A stretch of DNA of 64,000 nucleotides, taken from Lama guanicoe (taxonomy: Eukaryota). A model generated the notes under the pieces. It had not been told where the DNA came from and ran no database searches. It worked only from the letters and a program-made list of their open reading frames with translations. The position numbers and the translations under genes were made by a program. The DNA lies in contig MU053934.1 of the NCBI GenBank assembly GCA_013239625.1, forward strand, positions 7,523,352 through 7,587,351, in the 5' to 3' direction. Positions 1 to 12,050 of this stretch are shown here, in pieces (the first letter of the stretch is position 1; each line of letters starts with the position of its first letter).

Positions 1-1734
1 CTGCCCTCCCCGACCCAGCCACCCCGGCCTAAGAAACCCCCTCGTTCTGTCCCCGCCACACTCAAGCAGTCACCAGGGCTAGTGACTTTCCCTCGTCGCC
101 CTGCCTGTCTTGCCTCCACTCTGGTGGCACAGCCCTGGCATGGGCCCCAGCCTCTCCCTACAAGTGTCTACATGCTCCTCCTAGGTCTCCCGGCCTCTAG
201 CTTCTTCCTCCCACTCCCAGTGGCCACTGTGATGACGCGAGTCAGAACAGGACACAGCCTCCGGCACCAAAGATCAAGTCCAAACAAGGTCTGTGGGGTC
301 AGGTGCCCCCACCTCACTCTGCAGTGCCCTGCATGAGCACAGGTCCGGATGCGGGGGTCGGGAGACAGACCTCAGATGTGACTTCCGCCCACTTCTGCTC
401 AGTGCGCCCACCACTCCCGGGCACAGGCCGCCCCTACCCCTGCCAGCCGCTGAAAGGTCGTGCCTGGGATGGGCCATGTGCAGTGATGGACGCAGCTGTT
501 TTCCAGCAAGAAGGCGTGTGGAGCCGACACCAGTGCGCCGTGGGGGGTTGCTTCTGAAAGGCGTCTGCACGCAGGGCTGTGGTTCGCCCGTGAGGTTTGC
601 TTTTCGGCCCAAGGTGCTGGTGGTGTTTGTCTTTATTAATAGCTGGCTACGTGTCCTCCTCTGGACCAGGAATCCAGGTTTGCAGTTATTTATAATAACT
701 AGAAATTACTTCTGGATCCAGCTTTGGTTGCTTTGAGTTTCCCATGAACACTGCACGATTTGAAACAGAGACTCTGTGTTCTGCTCGGACCCCACCCATG
801 TTCTCCTGGCTGCCAAGAGCCTACTGTGTGTCAGGCCCTGTGCCCAGATCCAGCATTCCAGCTCCCAACAAGGATTCAGGAACACAGGCAGAGGCATCGG
901 CCCATCTCAAAAACCAAACTCAACCTTCAATCCAGAGAACTCCCTCCTAGTTCCTGAGAGCTGAGGCTCCAGCCCTCCCCTGGCTCCCTTCAGAAGGGAG
1001 GCTTAGGCAGAAAGGCCTCTTGGCTATGGAGCGGCTCTTGCAAAATTGCATTTGATGAGTTAAGTGTAAATAAATGAGAACCAGATGGATTAGATTTCGG
1101 GTAAAATACACATGGGTCTTAGAGCTTTGGGGCCTGGGTTCTGCCAGATCCAGGACACTCCCTGACCATCAGAGGAGCTGGCACAGCAGGCAGGAGGTGT
1201 GACTGGGGTCTCCTGGGACCCGTCTGCCTCGGGGTCTGGGCATCAGCGGGGGCCTTCTCTGGGGCTCCTGACTCCCCAGCAGGTCAGCTGAGTGTGGAAG
1301 ACACAGGGTCTCCCATTGCAGCCCTGCTCTGACACCAAGCCCCTCAGGCTGGGCCTGAGTCCAAGCTCAGCGCTGGGAGACGAGGCACATGAGTGGTGGG
1401 GTCAGCTTTCCAGATCCGCACGCCCACTGCTCACACCCAGACCCGAGGAGCCAGCCCAGGGCAGGCCAGAGCTCTGCTGAAGCTGCTGGTCTTCAGGCTC
1501 TGGCCACTGCATCCCTCATCTGGCCCCACGTTCAATCCCAGCTGCTGCCTTGTGGTCCCCCAGTGATGGCTGAGCAGCATGAGCATCTAAGGACCGGGAG
1601 TTCGCTGCCTAACTACAACTGCTGACTGTTCCTCCTTATGACAATCTACATGGCGTCCCCCTGTGACCACTGCCTGTGGGTCCTGGTTCTTGCCCCTCCA
1701 AGTCACATCATCTGGGGTCCAAGATGCAGTAAGT

Positions 1735-1900
1735 AACACACTGTGTGACCTCTGGCAGGCACTTAACCGTTTTGGGCCTTGGTTTCCTTCTCTACAAAAC
1801 AGGGATGATAGTACCTGAAGTTGTTCTGGGAATTAAAGAAAATCAAGGAGGTAAAGCACCTAGCACAGTGCCCGGCACAGAGACCACCGATAAATGTTAA
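1735..1900. mobile_element. MIR SINE
   Basis: MIR core CTGTGTGACCT...CTTGGTTTCCTTCTCTACAAAACAGGGATGATAGTACCT...GTAAAGCACCTAGCACAGTGCC. Confidence 0.8.
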
Positions 1901-2154
1901 CAACTGTTGAACAAAGCCACCGCAAGTGCTCCGGAGATCACAGGCGGAGGCGCCTTCTGGGGGATGGCAAAGTCCCTTCCAAGTTGGAAAACTGACAACA
2001 GACCACATCCAAAGGGAGCGGAGAGTCTTGCCTCGGCCTTCTGGTCTCCGGGCAGAGCCGCCTCAGCCCGGGAGTTGCTCCCTCGCCGTGCAGGTTCTGG
2101 CCTGCCCACCACCTGGGTCGCCCTTCTCGGGGCGCCTGGCCTATCAGGCACTTA

Positions 2155-2300
2155 ATTGGAGAAATGCCTATTCAAATCCTTTGCCCATTTAAAACCTGAG
2201 TTGTCTTTTTACTGTTGAGTTGTGAGAGTTCTTCTATACCCTACACACTAGACCCTTACCAGACATACGGTTGGCAAACACTTCTTCCTGTTCTGCGGAC
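2155..2300 (-). mobile_element. Old LINE-1 ORF2 fragment
   Basis: TTGGAGAAATGCCTATTCAAATCCTTTGCCCATTT is similar to 20160-20300 of the L1 copy. Confidence 0.7.
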
Positions 2301-2735
2301 AATCCTCCCTTTAAAGCAGCCTCGGGCAGTGCTGGAAGCTTGCTGCACCTGTGCAGCCAGGTCCATGAAGCCTGGGCTCCTCCTGGGCTCTGTTCCTGGG
2401 GGAATGTCACCCTGTCCCATGGCTTTTCCAGCCTCCTATGTGCCAATGCTGCCCAAACCTCTAGGCCCGCCTGATCCACCATCCCCCGGATTTAGACATC
2501 AATGCCTGCACTTGGATGTCCAACGGGGCAGGACACACCTAGCATGTCCCATGCTGAACTCCTAACTCCACCTCCTACAACAAAGACAGAAGAACAAAGC
2601 AAAGCCTAGTCCCACCCTCAGCCTTCCCCATCTCAGCAAACGGCAGCACAATCCACAGCTGCTGCAGCCAAAACACCTGGCGGTCATCAGCACTTCTGTC
2701 TACTTGGAACTTCCATTTACTGGCATCTTCTGTGT

Positions 2736-2970
2736 GTTTGGTTCTGTCTCCCCAGAGAACAGAGTCCCTGAGAACAGGGATATCTTGAGTGCTGCTGTAT
2801 CTCTGCCCTTCATCTTGCCAGACCAGCTCTTCCTTTAATCTCTCTAGTAAGGAGTTTGGTTCTGTCTTCTCAGAGAACAGAGTCCCTGAGAACAGGGATA
2901 TCTTGAGTGCTGCTGTATCTCTGCCCTTCATCTTGCCAGACCAGCTCTTCCTTTAATCTCTCTAGTAAGG
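2736..2970. repeat. Tandem duplication with 118-bp period
   Basis: 2736-2852 vs 2854-2970 match at 115/117 positions. Confidence 0.95.
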
Positions 2971-5900
2971 GCAGAAGAGGCTGCAGAAGGTGGAAGGGAC
3001 CCCCCTCCATCCCCTGCCAGTTCCTCAAGCCCCTGCTCTGTGCTAGGCACTCTCATCACAGTGTCTCGTTTGGCCTCAGCCTGGGGCAGGAGCAGTGTTA
3101 TAACCAGGAGCTCCAAGCACTAAGCAGCCTGCCCTCGGTCCCCAGTGTGTGAGTGACAGAGCTAGGACGGGAACTGGACGCTTTTGTCCCCCCGCCCTCA
3201 GGCTTCTGACAGGGCAGCTGTGAACGTGATCCTGGTTGGACATCTGTGGAAGGCACTGTGGTTTTCAAAAGTTTCCTTTAATGGGGATAAGAACGGAGGA
3301 CTGGAAAGAGGGAAGGGGAGAAAAACCAACCAAACAAACCCTGGAACCAAGGTGAGAAGCTCTAAGAAAAGAAAGGGGGAGAGCTCTGACAAGATTCTTC
3401 ATGAACATCCTCAGCGATACAACAGGCCCAGCTGGCCGTGATCACCCCGCCAGCCTGCGGGCGAGCGGGCCGCCACCCTGGGAAACGCGCCACTGAAGCA
3501 AGGAGGGCCCAGGAGCACCCCAGGCCGCCCTGGCTGACAGGTCCTCGGGCCAGGCCACACTCCTGCTTCTGGCCAGGTCAAATGCCTTATGCCTCAGTTT
3601 CCCACCCTGAGTACTGCCTGTAATTCTGAATCTTCAAGCAGCAAATCTTCCCGATTAAACTCAGTATTTTCTTCCAACTGCCAAAGCTGTTGAGTGTAAA
3701 ATCCGGCCATTTCACTCATCAGGCTCCTGAGGGTGCTTCGTGGTGGCCCGTTCTCCTCCTTCCCGCTGGGGCCGTCCACGTGCACACCAGCCTCCATCTG
3801 GGAGTTCTCTGTGGGCGGGAGGGCTCCCCTGTGGCCCCCTGCCCCTGCTGGGACATCCTAACTGGGCTGGCCGCGAGCTGGCTCATTCCTCTGACGCTCG
3901 GTGGGCCCTCACTGCCAGGCCCCGGGTGGGTCATACGGCCACATCAAGGACTGAGAAATGATTTTGTGCCAATAGACTTGACACATTGAGGAAAGTAGCA
4001 GGAAGAGCACTGATGTGGCACAAGGGAGCTTCGTGGACAAGGCAGCACTGAGCTTGGCTGAAGCACCAGAAAGGCCGCCATGCCTCCCATGGCCAGCCCC
4101 ACCCTTTCCAGCCCAAATTGTGGCACAACCTTTCCAGGGATTCCTGCCCTCAAGAACCCAGCATGGCTCCCTATCACCTGTCCAATAACACTTTCATTAT
4201 TTAAAAATGTGAATTTACAAGGAATTTTGAAAAATAGGGAAAAAAGGATCAACAAACTTATACTCTGGTTACAGTCACAATCATGAGGGCACAGTTTGCT
4301 GATTTCCAGCCTAGAATAAGTCTGCGTGAGCCACTGTCTCACCCAAGTCATCTTTCCAATGCCCACATCTTCCTCCAGTCACTTGTGCTTGTCCATTCAC
4401 TCATTCTCTCCACAAGGCCCCACATTCAGCGCAGGGACTAGGCAGCGAGCATGAGGTCAGGGCCTGCCCTCGGGGAGCTGCCAGTCCAGGGGGAGAGAAG
4501 TGGTAAGCCCAGGTAAGACCAGGGACTAGCAGCCCAAGCTGAGAGGCAGGGGCGCCCCTCTCTAAACTGCACAAGGACCAGTGCGGGGAGAGGTGTGTCT
4601 GGGGGTGGGGTGCCTGCCAGGTGTGTGTGTGTGTGTGTGTGGTGAGGCTGCTGCAGCAGGTAGGGCCCGCATGTCTGTTGAAGGAGGGGCTAGGAACCAG
4701 GCTTGAGTCTGACCTGCCGAAGATGCAGCCAAAGGTGATCCCCTGCCATTCATACGTTTGCAGATATAAATCTCCAGGTCTCAGACTCAGAGCAATTGCA
4801 TGTGTAGCTCTGCTGACAGACCACCTTTTTACACACGGCTGTCTACTCCTGAGCCCACTCTTCAACCTGGCCGAGCCTTTCCACCTCTAGGTCTTGCACC
4901 TGCTGTTCCCTCCTCCCCTCGCCCATCTCTGTCCCCGCCTGGTGACCTTTTACTCATTCCTGGCAGGGTGAGGACCCCCGCCCCCCGCCAATACTCGATG
5001 TAGTGTTGATTATAGCAAGGATGCCGCGCTGGCGGTATTTCTTCACAGAGCCTAGAGCTCCCTGAGGGTGGGAGACACATGTCACAAAGCTCCAGACCCC
5101 CTGACCCAGCAGATACAGGCACTCAAGGGGCAGTGGCTAACCCAGGGGTTACAAATCACTTCCTCCAACCCGATGGCCACAGCAGCAGCTCTCACTCAGG
5201 GCCCGCAGGCTGCCAGGCGCCCCACACCCTGGACTTTGGTTCCAGTCCTGCATCTCGGCTACGTCATTACACATCAACAGTGAAGAAAGTGCTGATAGCG
5301 CACGGTGGGTGGGGTGGGGAGAGCAGCGGACAAACATCGACGCACGGTCATAACCATATAAAGTCTGCTCTGCACACAGATGATATCAGACAAGAACATT
5401 AGGACATGAGAGCTGTTGACTTGCTGGGGTGGTGAGCGAATGGGGGAATTATTCTATCTTTTCTATTCATTTCTCTGAGTGTTTCTGTATAATTATTACA
5501 CGTGTGGAAGATGGGTAAGTAAACAGACCTTTTCAACTCTGCGTGATGAGCACCGGGACTCTGGCCAGTCCGAGTGCAGGACGGGGAGCAAGTCATCCCG
5601 CAGGAAGGCCAGGGGAGAGGGACAGAGGGGCGAGCTAGAATACTCGGGACAGGCAAGGGGAGCCAGTCTTCCAGGCAGGAGGAAGCCCAGAGGGGACGAG
5701 GACAGGCTTAATATTCACATGAAGAGAAAGCAGGAGTGGCAGGCAGAGCCCAGGTCACGAGAAGCTAGCTACCAGGCTGAGGATGCCAGACTCCTCCAAT
5801 AGCAACAGAGGCCCTCTGAGGGGCCTCTATCAAGGCTCCTCCAAACAACTCCACTGGCTCCTGACCCCCTGGCAGCCAGCACACTGGCCAGGGCAGGGCA

Positions 5901-8900
5901 GGGCAGGGCAGGGCAGCTCGCGTTAGTGCAACACCTGAGAGGCTACTAAAGACGCCAGACCAAGCAGATGGGTGGCTGCCATGGTTACCTACTTCCCATG
6001 AACAAGGAGCGCCAGCCGGGTGCGGGCCGTCTCCGCCGTCTAGTCTATTTCCAGCTGCATGTGGTTGGGACGAGGTGGGTGACAGGGAGGTGCTGGGGCA
6101 GCGGTACATGGGGTGGCTCACAGCCACTGTAAACAGCCTGTGGGTGCTGTGGGTGCTGTCCAGATGCAGCCAGGCCTGGCCATGCCCAGAGTGACCCCAG
6201 CACCACCCAGGGAACAGACTGCTCCAAAATAAGCGAGGCTGCTGGCAGAGGAAGCGCTGTGCTGAGGACTCTGGGACACCCGTATTTGTTGATAATGCCC
6301 CTTTTAGGCACACAGTTCAGCTCTGGTTTGGGGCACATGTTTTGGGGGTAGAGTATTTTTAAAGAGCCTTCACAAGACACTTATTTTTTGTTTATTTCTC
6401 TGAGTTCTGACCAAGCCCTTGGCGCATGGACTGCAAACAAGAAAGATGACGGAACATGTCTGCTCGCCTGTCCAGTCCTCTGCAACTCGGTGTTTTTCTT
6501 TGCTGTTTATGGACTTGGCATTCTCCACCCTGGGACACAGCAGGACTTCTTCCTCAAGCCACCAAACTGAGACTTATTCAAAGGTGAGGCCAGCACAGGA
6601 GGATGGACAACAGATTTCAACCCAGTCATACCCATGGTATTGTGATGTGGCCCCTGACCTGAACTTGCAACCAGAGGGGGAGCAGGAAGGAGAAGCAGCG
6701 GGTGCTCCTGATGCCTGCTGGGTGCCTTCATGCACCCACGGACCCACTGCTGTGTGCCCACAGCTCCCTCCCAGGGCATCCTTCCCGAGTAAGAACAGCG
6801 AGAGCGGAGAGCTGGCCCCAAACCACTGCTAGGAAGGGAGCTGGGGGCCGAGGCTCGATGTATCTGATTCCCAAGTCCTCGCTCTTCCCTCATCTAGAAC
6901 AGAGACTGGAAGGAGCTGGGCATGGAGATGAGGACGGGGAGGGGGCGTCCGAGCTCGGGCAGCCACAGGGGGCTGTATCACACAGGCTGCTAGGAGACCT
7001 CCCCCATGGATGGCGGAAGCACCAGGCTTGCTCACTCACCACTATCAAACTGTGCTCCCCTGGACAGTCCAGATCAAACCTTCTGCCCCATTCCTGGACC
7101 ACCTGCCCATCTCTCCACCACACACACAAGCCTGTGCTGGGCCTGGAACAAAGAGCTAAGTCACTCTGGAGCTTGGCCCTCTAGGACCTCCCGTGACAGG
7201 AGAGACCCACCCCCCCAGTGTCCAGGGAGAAGCCCGGGAGCTCAGTGGGGAGGCAGAGGGCAGCCTGGGGGCTGCAGGCTGTGTGCAACTCAGGGAAAGC
7301 TTTCTGGAGGGCTGATGCCTAAGCTGAGTCCTGAGAGACATGTAGGGCTCAACCAAGCAGAGCATTAATGAAGAGCCTGGGGAAGGGTGGCTGGGGCAGA
7401 AGGGACAGCAGGTACAAGGACGCTCCTGTGGGGTACGCTTAGGGAAGTGAAAGCTGTTCAGTGTGCTGGAGCTCACAGCTTGAGAAATGAGAGAGAGGTG
7501 CACAAGGACTGCATCAGGCAGGGACAAGGAGGACCTGGCAAAGGCACTGTCCCCGAGGATACCCCGTGCCATCTGGACATCGAATCACAAGATGTTGGAG
7601 GGAGAAGGCTCTGACCCAGCAGCCAGGCCCAGGTGTTCCAAACAGTATCCCTGGACCCGGGACCTTGCAGGGGTGGGGACTGCATACGGAGAGCAGGGCT
7701 CTCATCCCTGCCGGTCTCACCTCCATTTTAGTCAGAGCAGTGCGACCACTGCATGATTCCGCTTGAAATAATGGGTCCTGCTCTGGAAACAAACGGCCAT
7801 GAAGTCTGCAAACCACTGGTTGAATCCCATCCCTCATTTCACATTTGATGGGGAAACTGAGGCACAGGCGGTAGGGGGTTTCCCAAGGTCCCCCAGCAAG
7901 TCCATGGCCCCAGGAGCCTGATTCCCAGCCCCCGCCCTTTTACCCTAGCACTCGCCCAGCCATTCTGCAAGAAGCGTCTGGGAGGGTAAGGCCACGGCTC
8001 TGCCCACGTCCCTCCCCGCCGGCCCCCCGTCCTGAGCTGGCCACAGGTGGGTCACGCCACCCCGAAACACACCTGGGGCCCCATCAATCCACCTCCCTCC
8101 CTGCTCCAGGAGATCCCTAGTTCTGTAGTGATTTGGGGAAAAGAGAAAAGTTTATAAAGATGCACACGGCGCCCAGTGTTTCCTTTTCTCTGGCCAAAGA
8201 ATTTCCATCAGATTAACAGTTGTAAAAAGCTGGGAGGGGAAGCGGGTCTGAATCCAACTCGTCCTCTGACAGCAAATCCCTCCAACCAAGCGCATTCAGA
8301 TCACCTGAACATGGGCCAAGAATAGGGAAAGGGGGGAGGAGAGGGCATAAATAGAGAGAACAGGAAGAAACCTCTCCAGTTTACCTTAAAAAATATTGAT
8401 GTTTATGGAGTAAGTATATGATGACCCGAAGCTGTTTAGTTTTACATTAAGATGGTCAGCACTTTTTTTCTCGGCAAGAAATGCATTTGAGCTGTTGAAG
8501 TATAAAGACAAATAAACACAGACAACTTGAGCCTTCATTAAAGGTTCAAGGGAGCAACACATTGTCTCCAGCTGTCCTGCAGGATGAGGGGGGCACCTTC
8601 AAGAGGGCTGAGGCGCAGCCCTTTCATCCTGCCAGGGCCCGGCCCGGCGCAGGGAGAGCTGTGACCGCTGCGCCGACACAGAGCATCTGGGCGCCCACGG
8701 CGCCTTCCTTCCACATGTGCAGCTGCGCTCCTGGGCCCCGCCGGGGTCTCCCCAGGTCCCCTCCTTCTCTTCTCCCTCTGCTTGGCAGTCACCTGCACAC
8801 CCACCTCTTGATCTGATCCTGACAGACAGGGATCATGTTCCTTTTGTAGAGAACAAAACTGAGATGGAGGTGATGTGTGTCCCGGGTCACAAAATGAGTA

Positions 8901-9189
8901 TATGGTGGAGCTGGGACTGTAAGCCCCGGTGCCATGTGACCCACATCAGTGGACGAGCACAAGCACCAGTGCAAGAGAAGGGAGAGGTATCTGCCCTGGG
9001 AGGGTGGTGAGCAGTGGCTCATTTGGCAGGAGAACCACGTGGAACACGAGGCACAGTCCCCACCCAAAGGGTTTCACACACAGCCCAGGGAGAAGGCTCG
9101 TCCCCTGCATCTTCGCCAGCTCAAAAAAGACACTCATTTTCTGTAAAAAGTTTTCTGGCTTTGCACACGAGGAATAAGTGGTAATTAGG

Positions 9190-9390
9190 TAATTCACTAT
9201 ATGTGCCAGGCATGGTGATATGTGCTTTGCAAAGCTGATTTCATTTGGTCTCTGCATCATCCCTGTAAATAAGCACTGTTATTACCTGCCCCCCACCACA
9301 CACAGATGAGGATAGAGAGGCCCAGAGAAGTCAAGTTACTTGCTCAAGGTCACACAGTTAAGCGAATGATGGATCCAGGCAGGCTGATTC
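9190..9390. mobile_element. MIR SINE
   Basis: ACAGATGAGGATAGAGAGGCCCAGAGAAGTCAAGTTACTTGCTCAAGGTCACACAG. Confidence 0.75.
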
Positions 9391-9559
9391 CCTGCGCTTC
9401 TTGGGGGCTGGAAATATGTCATTCATTTCAAAACCGTGAGCTCCCAGCCCAGGACATGGCATGGGGCAGGTGCTCATGAAATCTTATGAAATGAGTGAAT
9501 GTTAAGAGCTCTGAATTTCAATGCCATCAGAAGCTCTAGGCTCTCATAATCCCCCCCGA

Positions 9560-10190
9560 ACTTCAGACCTGACTACCCCCACAGACTTCTGAACTTGTCT
9601 TCCATTTCCATTTGAATGGCTACTGATGACCTCAAATTGAACCTGGCCAGACTCTTAGTCCACCCCCTCCCCATTCCACCCCTGGCTTCCCCATCTCAGC
9701 CACAGCAGCGTAGCCACACAGTAACTCAGGGCAAAAAACTAGCGGTCGGTCTTGATTCCTCTTTTTCCCTTACTTCTTACATCTAGTCCGTCAGCTACTC
9801 ATTTTGGCTTTGTATTTAAAATATATTTATTCTCGTCACCTCCACCATTGTCTCCCTAGACAGAGGCACCAACATCTCTAAGCTAGACCACCCGCGTGGT
9901 CTCTGCCTCTTACCCCTGTAACACGTTCTCTATTTAGCAGCCAGGAAGCAAATCCCTTTTAATTAAGATGTCAATCCCCAGTCAAAATGTCCCATAGTTT
10001 CCCAGCTAATTTAGAATAAAATCCCAAACCCCTTCCAGGGCCTATAAGGCCCCACGTGACCCGGCCCTGCCCACTCCTGACCTCGTCTCCAGTTCCTCTC
10101 CTGCCCTCCAGGAGCACTGACCTGTTCCCAAATCAGCCAGCTTGTCCCCACCTCGGGCCACTGTGCTTGTCCCCCTTCTTCTGCCTGGGT
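9560..10190. mobile_element. L2 LINE fragment
   Basis: L2-like motifs (CTTCCCCATCTCAG, CTTGATTCCTCTTTTTCCCT, TTAGAATAAAATCCCAAAC). A related piece lies at about 2490-2690. Confidence 0.6.
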
Positions 10191-10289
10191 GGGGGGGAAG
10201 ATCTTCTCTAGATCTTTCACTTCCTCCTCCTCCCTGAGGCCCCTTTGCTGAGCCCCCTCCCCTTGAACAGGTACAGACCTTTGTAACTG

Positions 10290-10685
10290 CCTTGACAGGT
10301 AGAGTCGGGTGGAAGTGACTTCTGAGGCTAGACTATAAAGCTTCCAAGCGTCTTGTTCTCTTGGGACCAGCAGCCATGCTGTGAGGAAGCCCACGCCAGC
10401 CCACGTGGAAAGACCACACGGAGAGGCTGCCCATAAGTGTTCTGGCCAACAACCAACATCAACCGTTAGACGTCATCAAAGCAGCCTCCGGATGATTCCA
10501 GCCCCCACCAAGCCATCTCCAGCCTTCACGTCTTCCCAGCTGAGGCCCCACACACTGCAGCCGAGACAGCCGTCCCTGCTGTGCCCTGTCTGAATTCTTG
10601 ACCCACAGAAGCCTCAGGCGGAGTAAAAGGATGTTTCACACCACTAAGTGTGGGGTGGTCTTTTATGCAGCAATAGTAACAGGAA
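10290..10685 (+). mobile_element. MLT1-type (ERVL-MaLR) solo LTR fragment
   Basis: GCCATGCTGTGAGGAAGCCCA...CCACTAAGTGTGGGGTGGTC...TATGCAGCAATAGTAAC, typical of an MLT1 3' end. Confidence 0.75.
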
Positions 10686-11914
10686 TATCGCCCCCTCCCA
10701 CACCGCCCACCCTTCCCCCATCACTTTCTACCACATTATTTTGTTTCACTATTTTCCCTGGAGTTGATCTGACTGAACTTACTTTACTGAGTTAGGGGTT
10801 TATTTGTGCACCGCCTCCCCCTCGCTGGTGTGGGTGATCGGTTGCCTTTGTTCACCACTCAGGGTCTCCTCAGTACTTAAAACCAGGTCTGGCATGCAGC
10901 AGGTGCTCAGAACAATTTTTTTGAATAAACTAATGAGTGTCTACTAGGTGGGAGACTTGTGTCACTGCTCACGTAGCCCTTTCTACCTGTCATTAGGGTC
11001 GTGAACATGTCTGTCTTTCTCACGAACCTGGAGGTCCTGAGCCGCAGGCTCCACCTAATTCACCTGGATCTCTGCCACGTGCCCACCACAGAGGTTTGCT
11101 GAGCTTGAAGACCCAGGTTACAAGGCACTTCTTCAAATTTGTTTTATCATTCATTCTTCAAATATTTATATGCCTATGATATGCCAAACACTGTACCAGA
11201 TTCCGAGGGGAAGACAGAGAGATAAACAAGACAGCTTCTGCTTGCAGGGGAGAAGAGAGGACCCCAGCACACAGCCGCAGCAGAGGTGTGTACAACATGG
11301 TCCCAGAATACTTTGGAGCAAAGGAGATGTGGGTGGGATCTCCAATGACAAGTAGGACCTCAGGTCCATACTGGGAGAGGGGTCACAGGGAGCAGCTCCG
11401 ACAGCGGAGATGTGCAGAAGGACTGTGTGGGTTTCAGGAAGGCTGGGCCAGAGGGCAAGATGAGGGGTGAGGAGAGGAGGCTGGCAGTGCTCCGGCCTGA
11501 GGGGCCTCTGAGCCAGGGGGCAGACGAACTGGGTGCTGCTGTGGGTCGGAGCCACGGAGCTGTGTGAGAGTGCTTGGTGGTAACAGGGCTCTGCGCGGTC
11601 ACCTAGGGTAAGACAACGTCCTGGAGAAGCTCACAGGTGACACAGGCCCCTGCACGGCGGTAAGACCTGCCTTGGCCTGGGAGGCAGTGCAGGCTGCGGG
11701 GAGGTGAACTCAGCAGCCAGGGCCGCCCTTGCGCCCTGTAGCATGCCACCCGCCAGCCTGGCTCAGCAGAGGCTAGGATTTCCCAGTGACCCCCAAACTC
11801 GCAGGGGTGCAGAAGCTAACCCCTACAGAACTGGACCAGCTGCCCAGAGTTGGCTCTGTTCCCGGTGCCATGGGCGAGGGGTGGGCAGTGGCTTACAGGC
11901 TTGAAGTGGCACAT

Positions 11915-12050
11915 GAACAGACCTGGGCTCTGGTCCCAGCTCTACCGCTTACCAGCGTGTGACCTTACATAGATCGCTTCCCCTCTCTGAGCCTCGGTCT
12001 CCTCATCTGTAAAGAGGGGAAACTAACAGCTCTGCCCAGGGATGCTGTGA
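11915..12050. mobile_element. MIR SINE
   Basis: GTGTGACCTT...CCTCTCTGAGCCTCGGTCTCCTCATCTGTAAAG. Confidence 0.75.
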
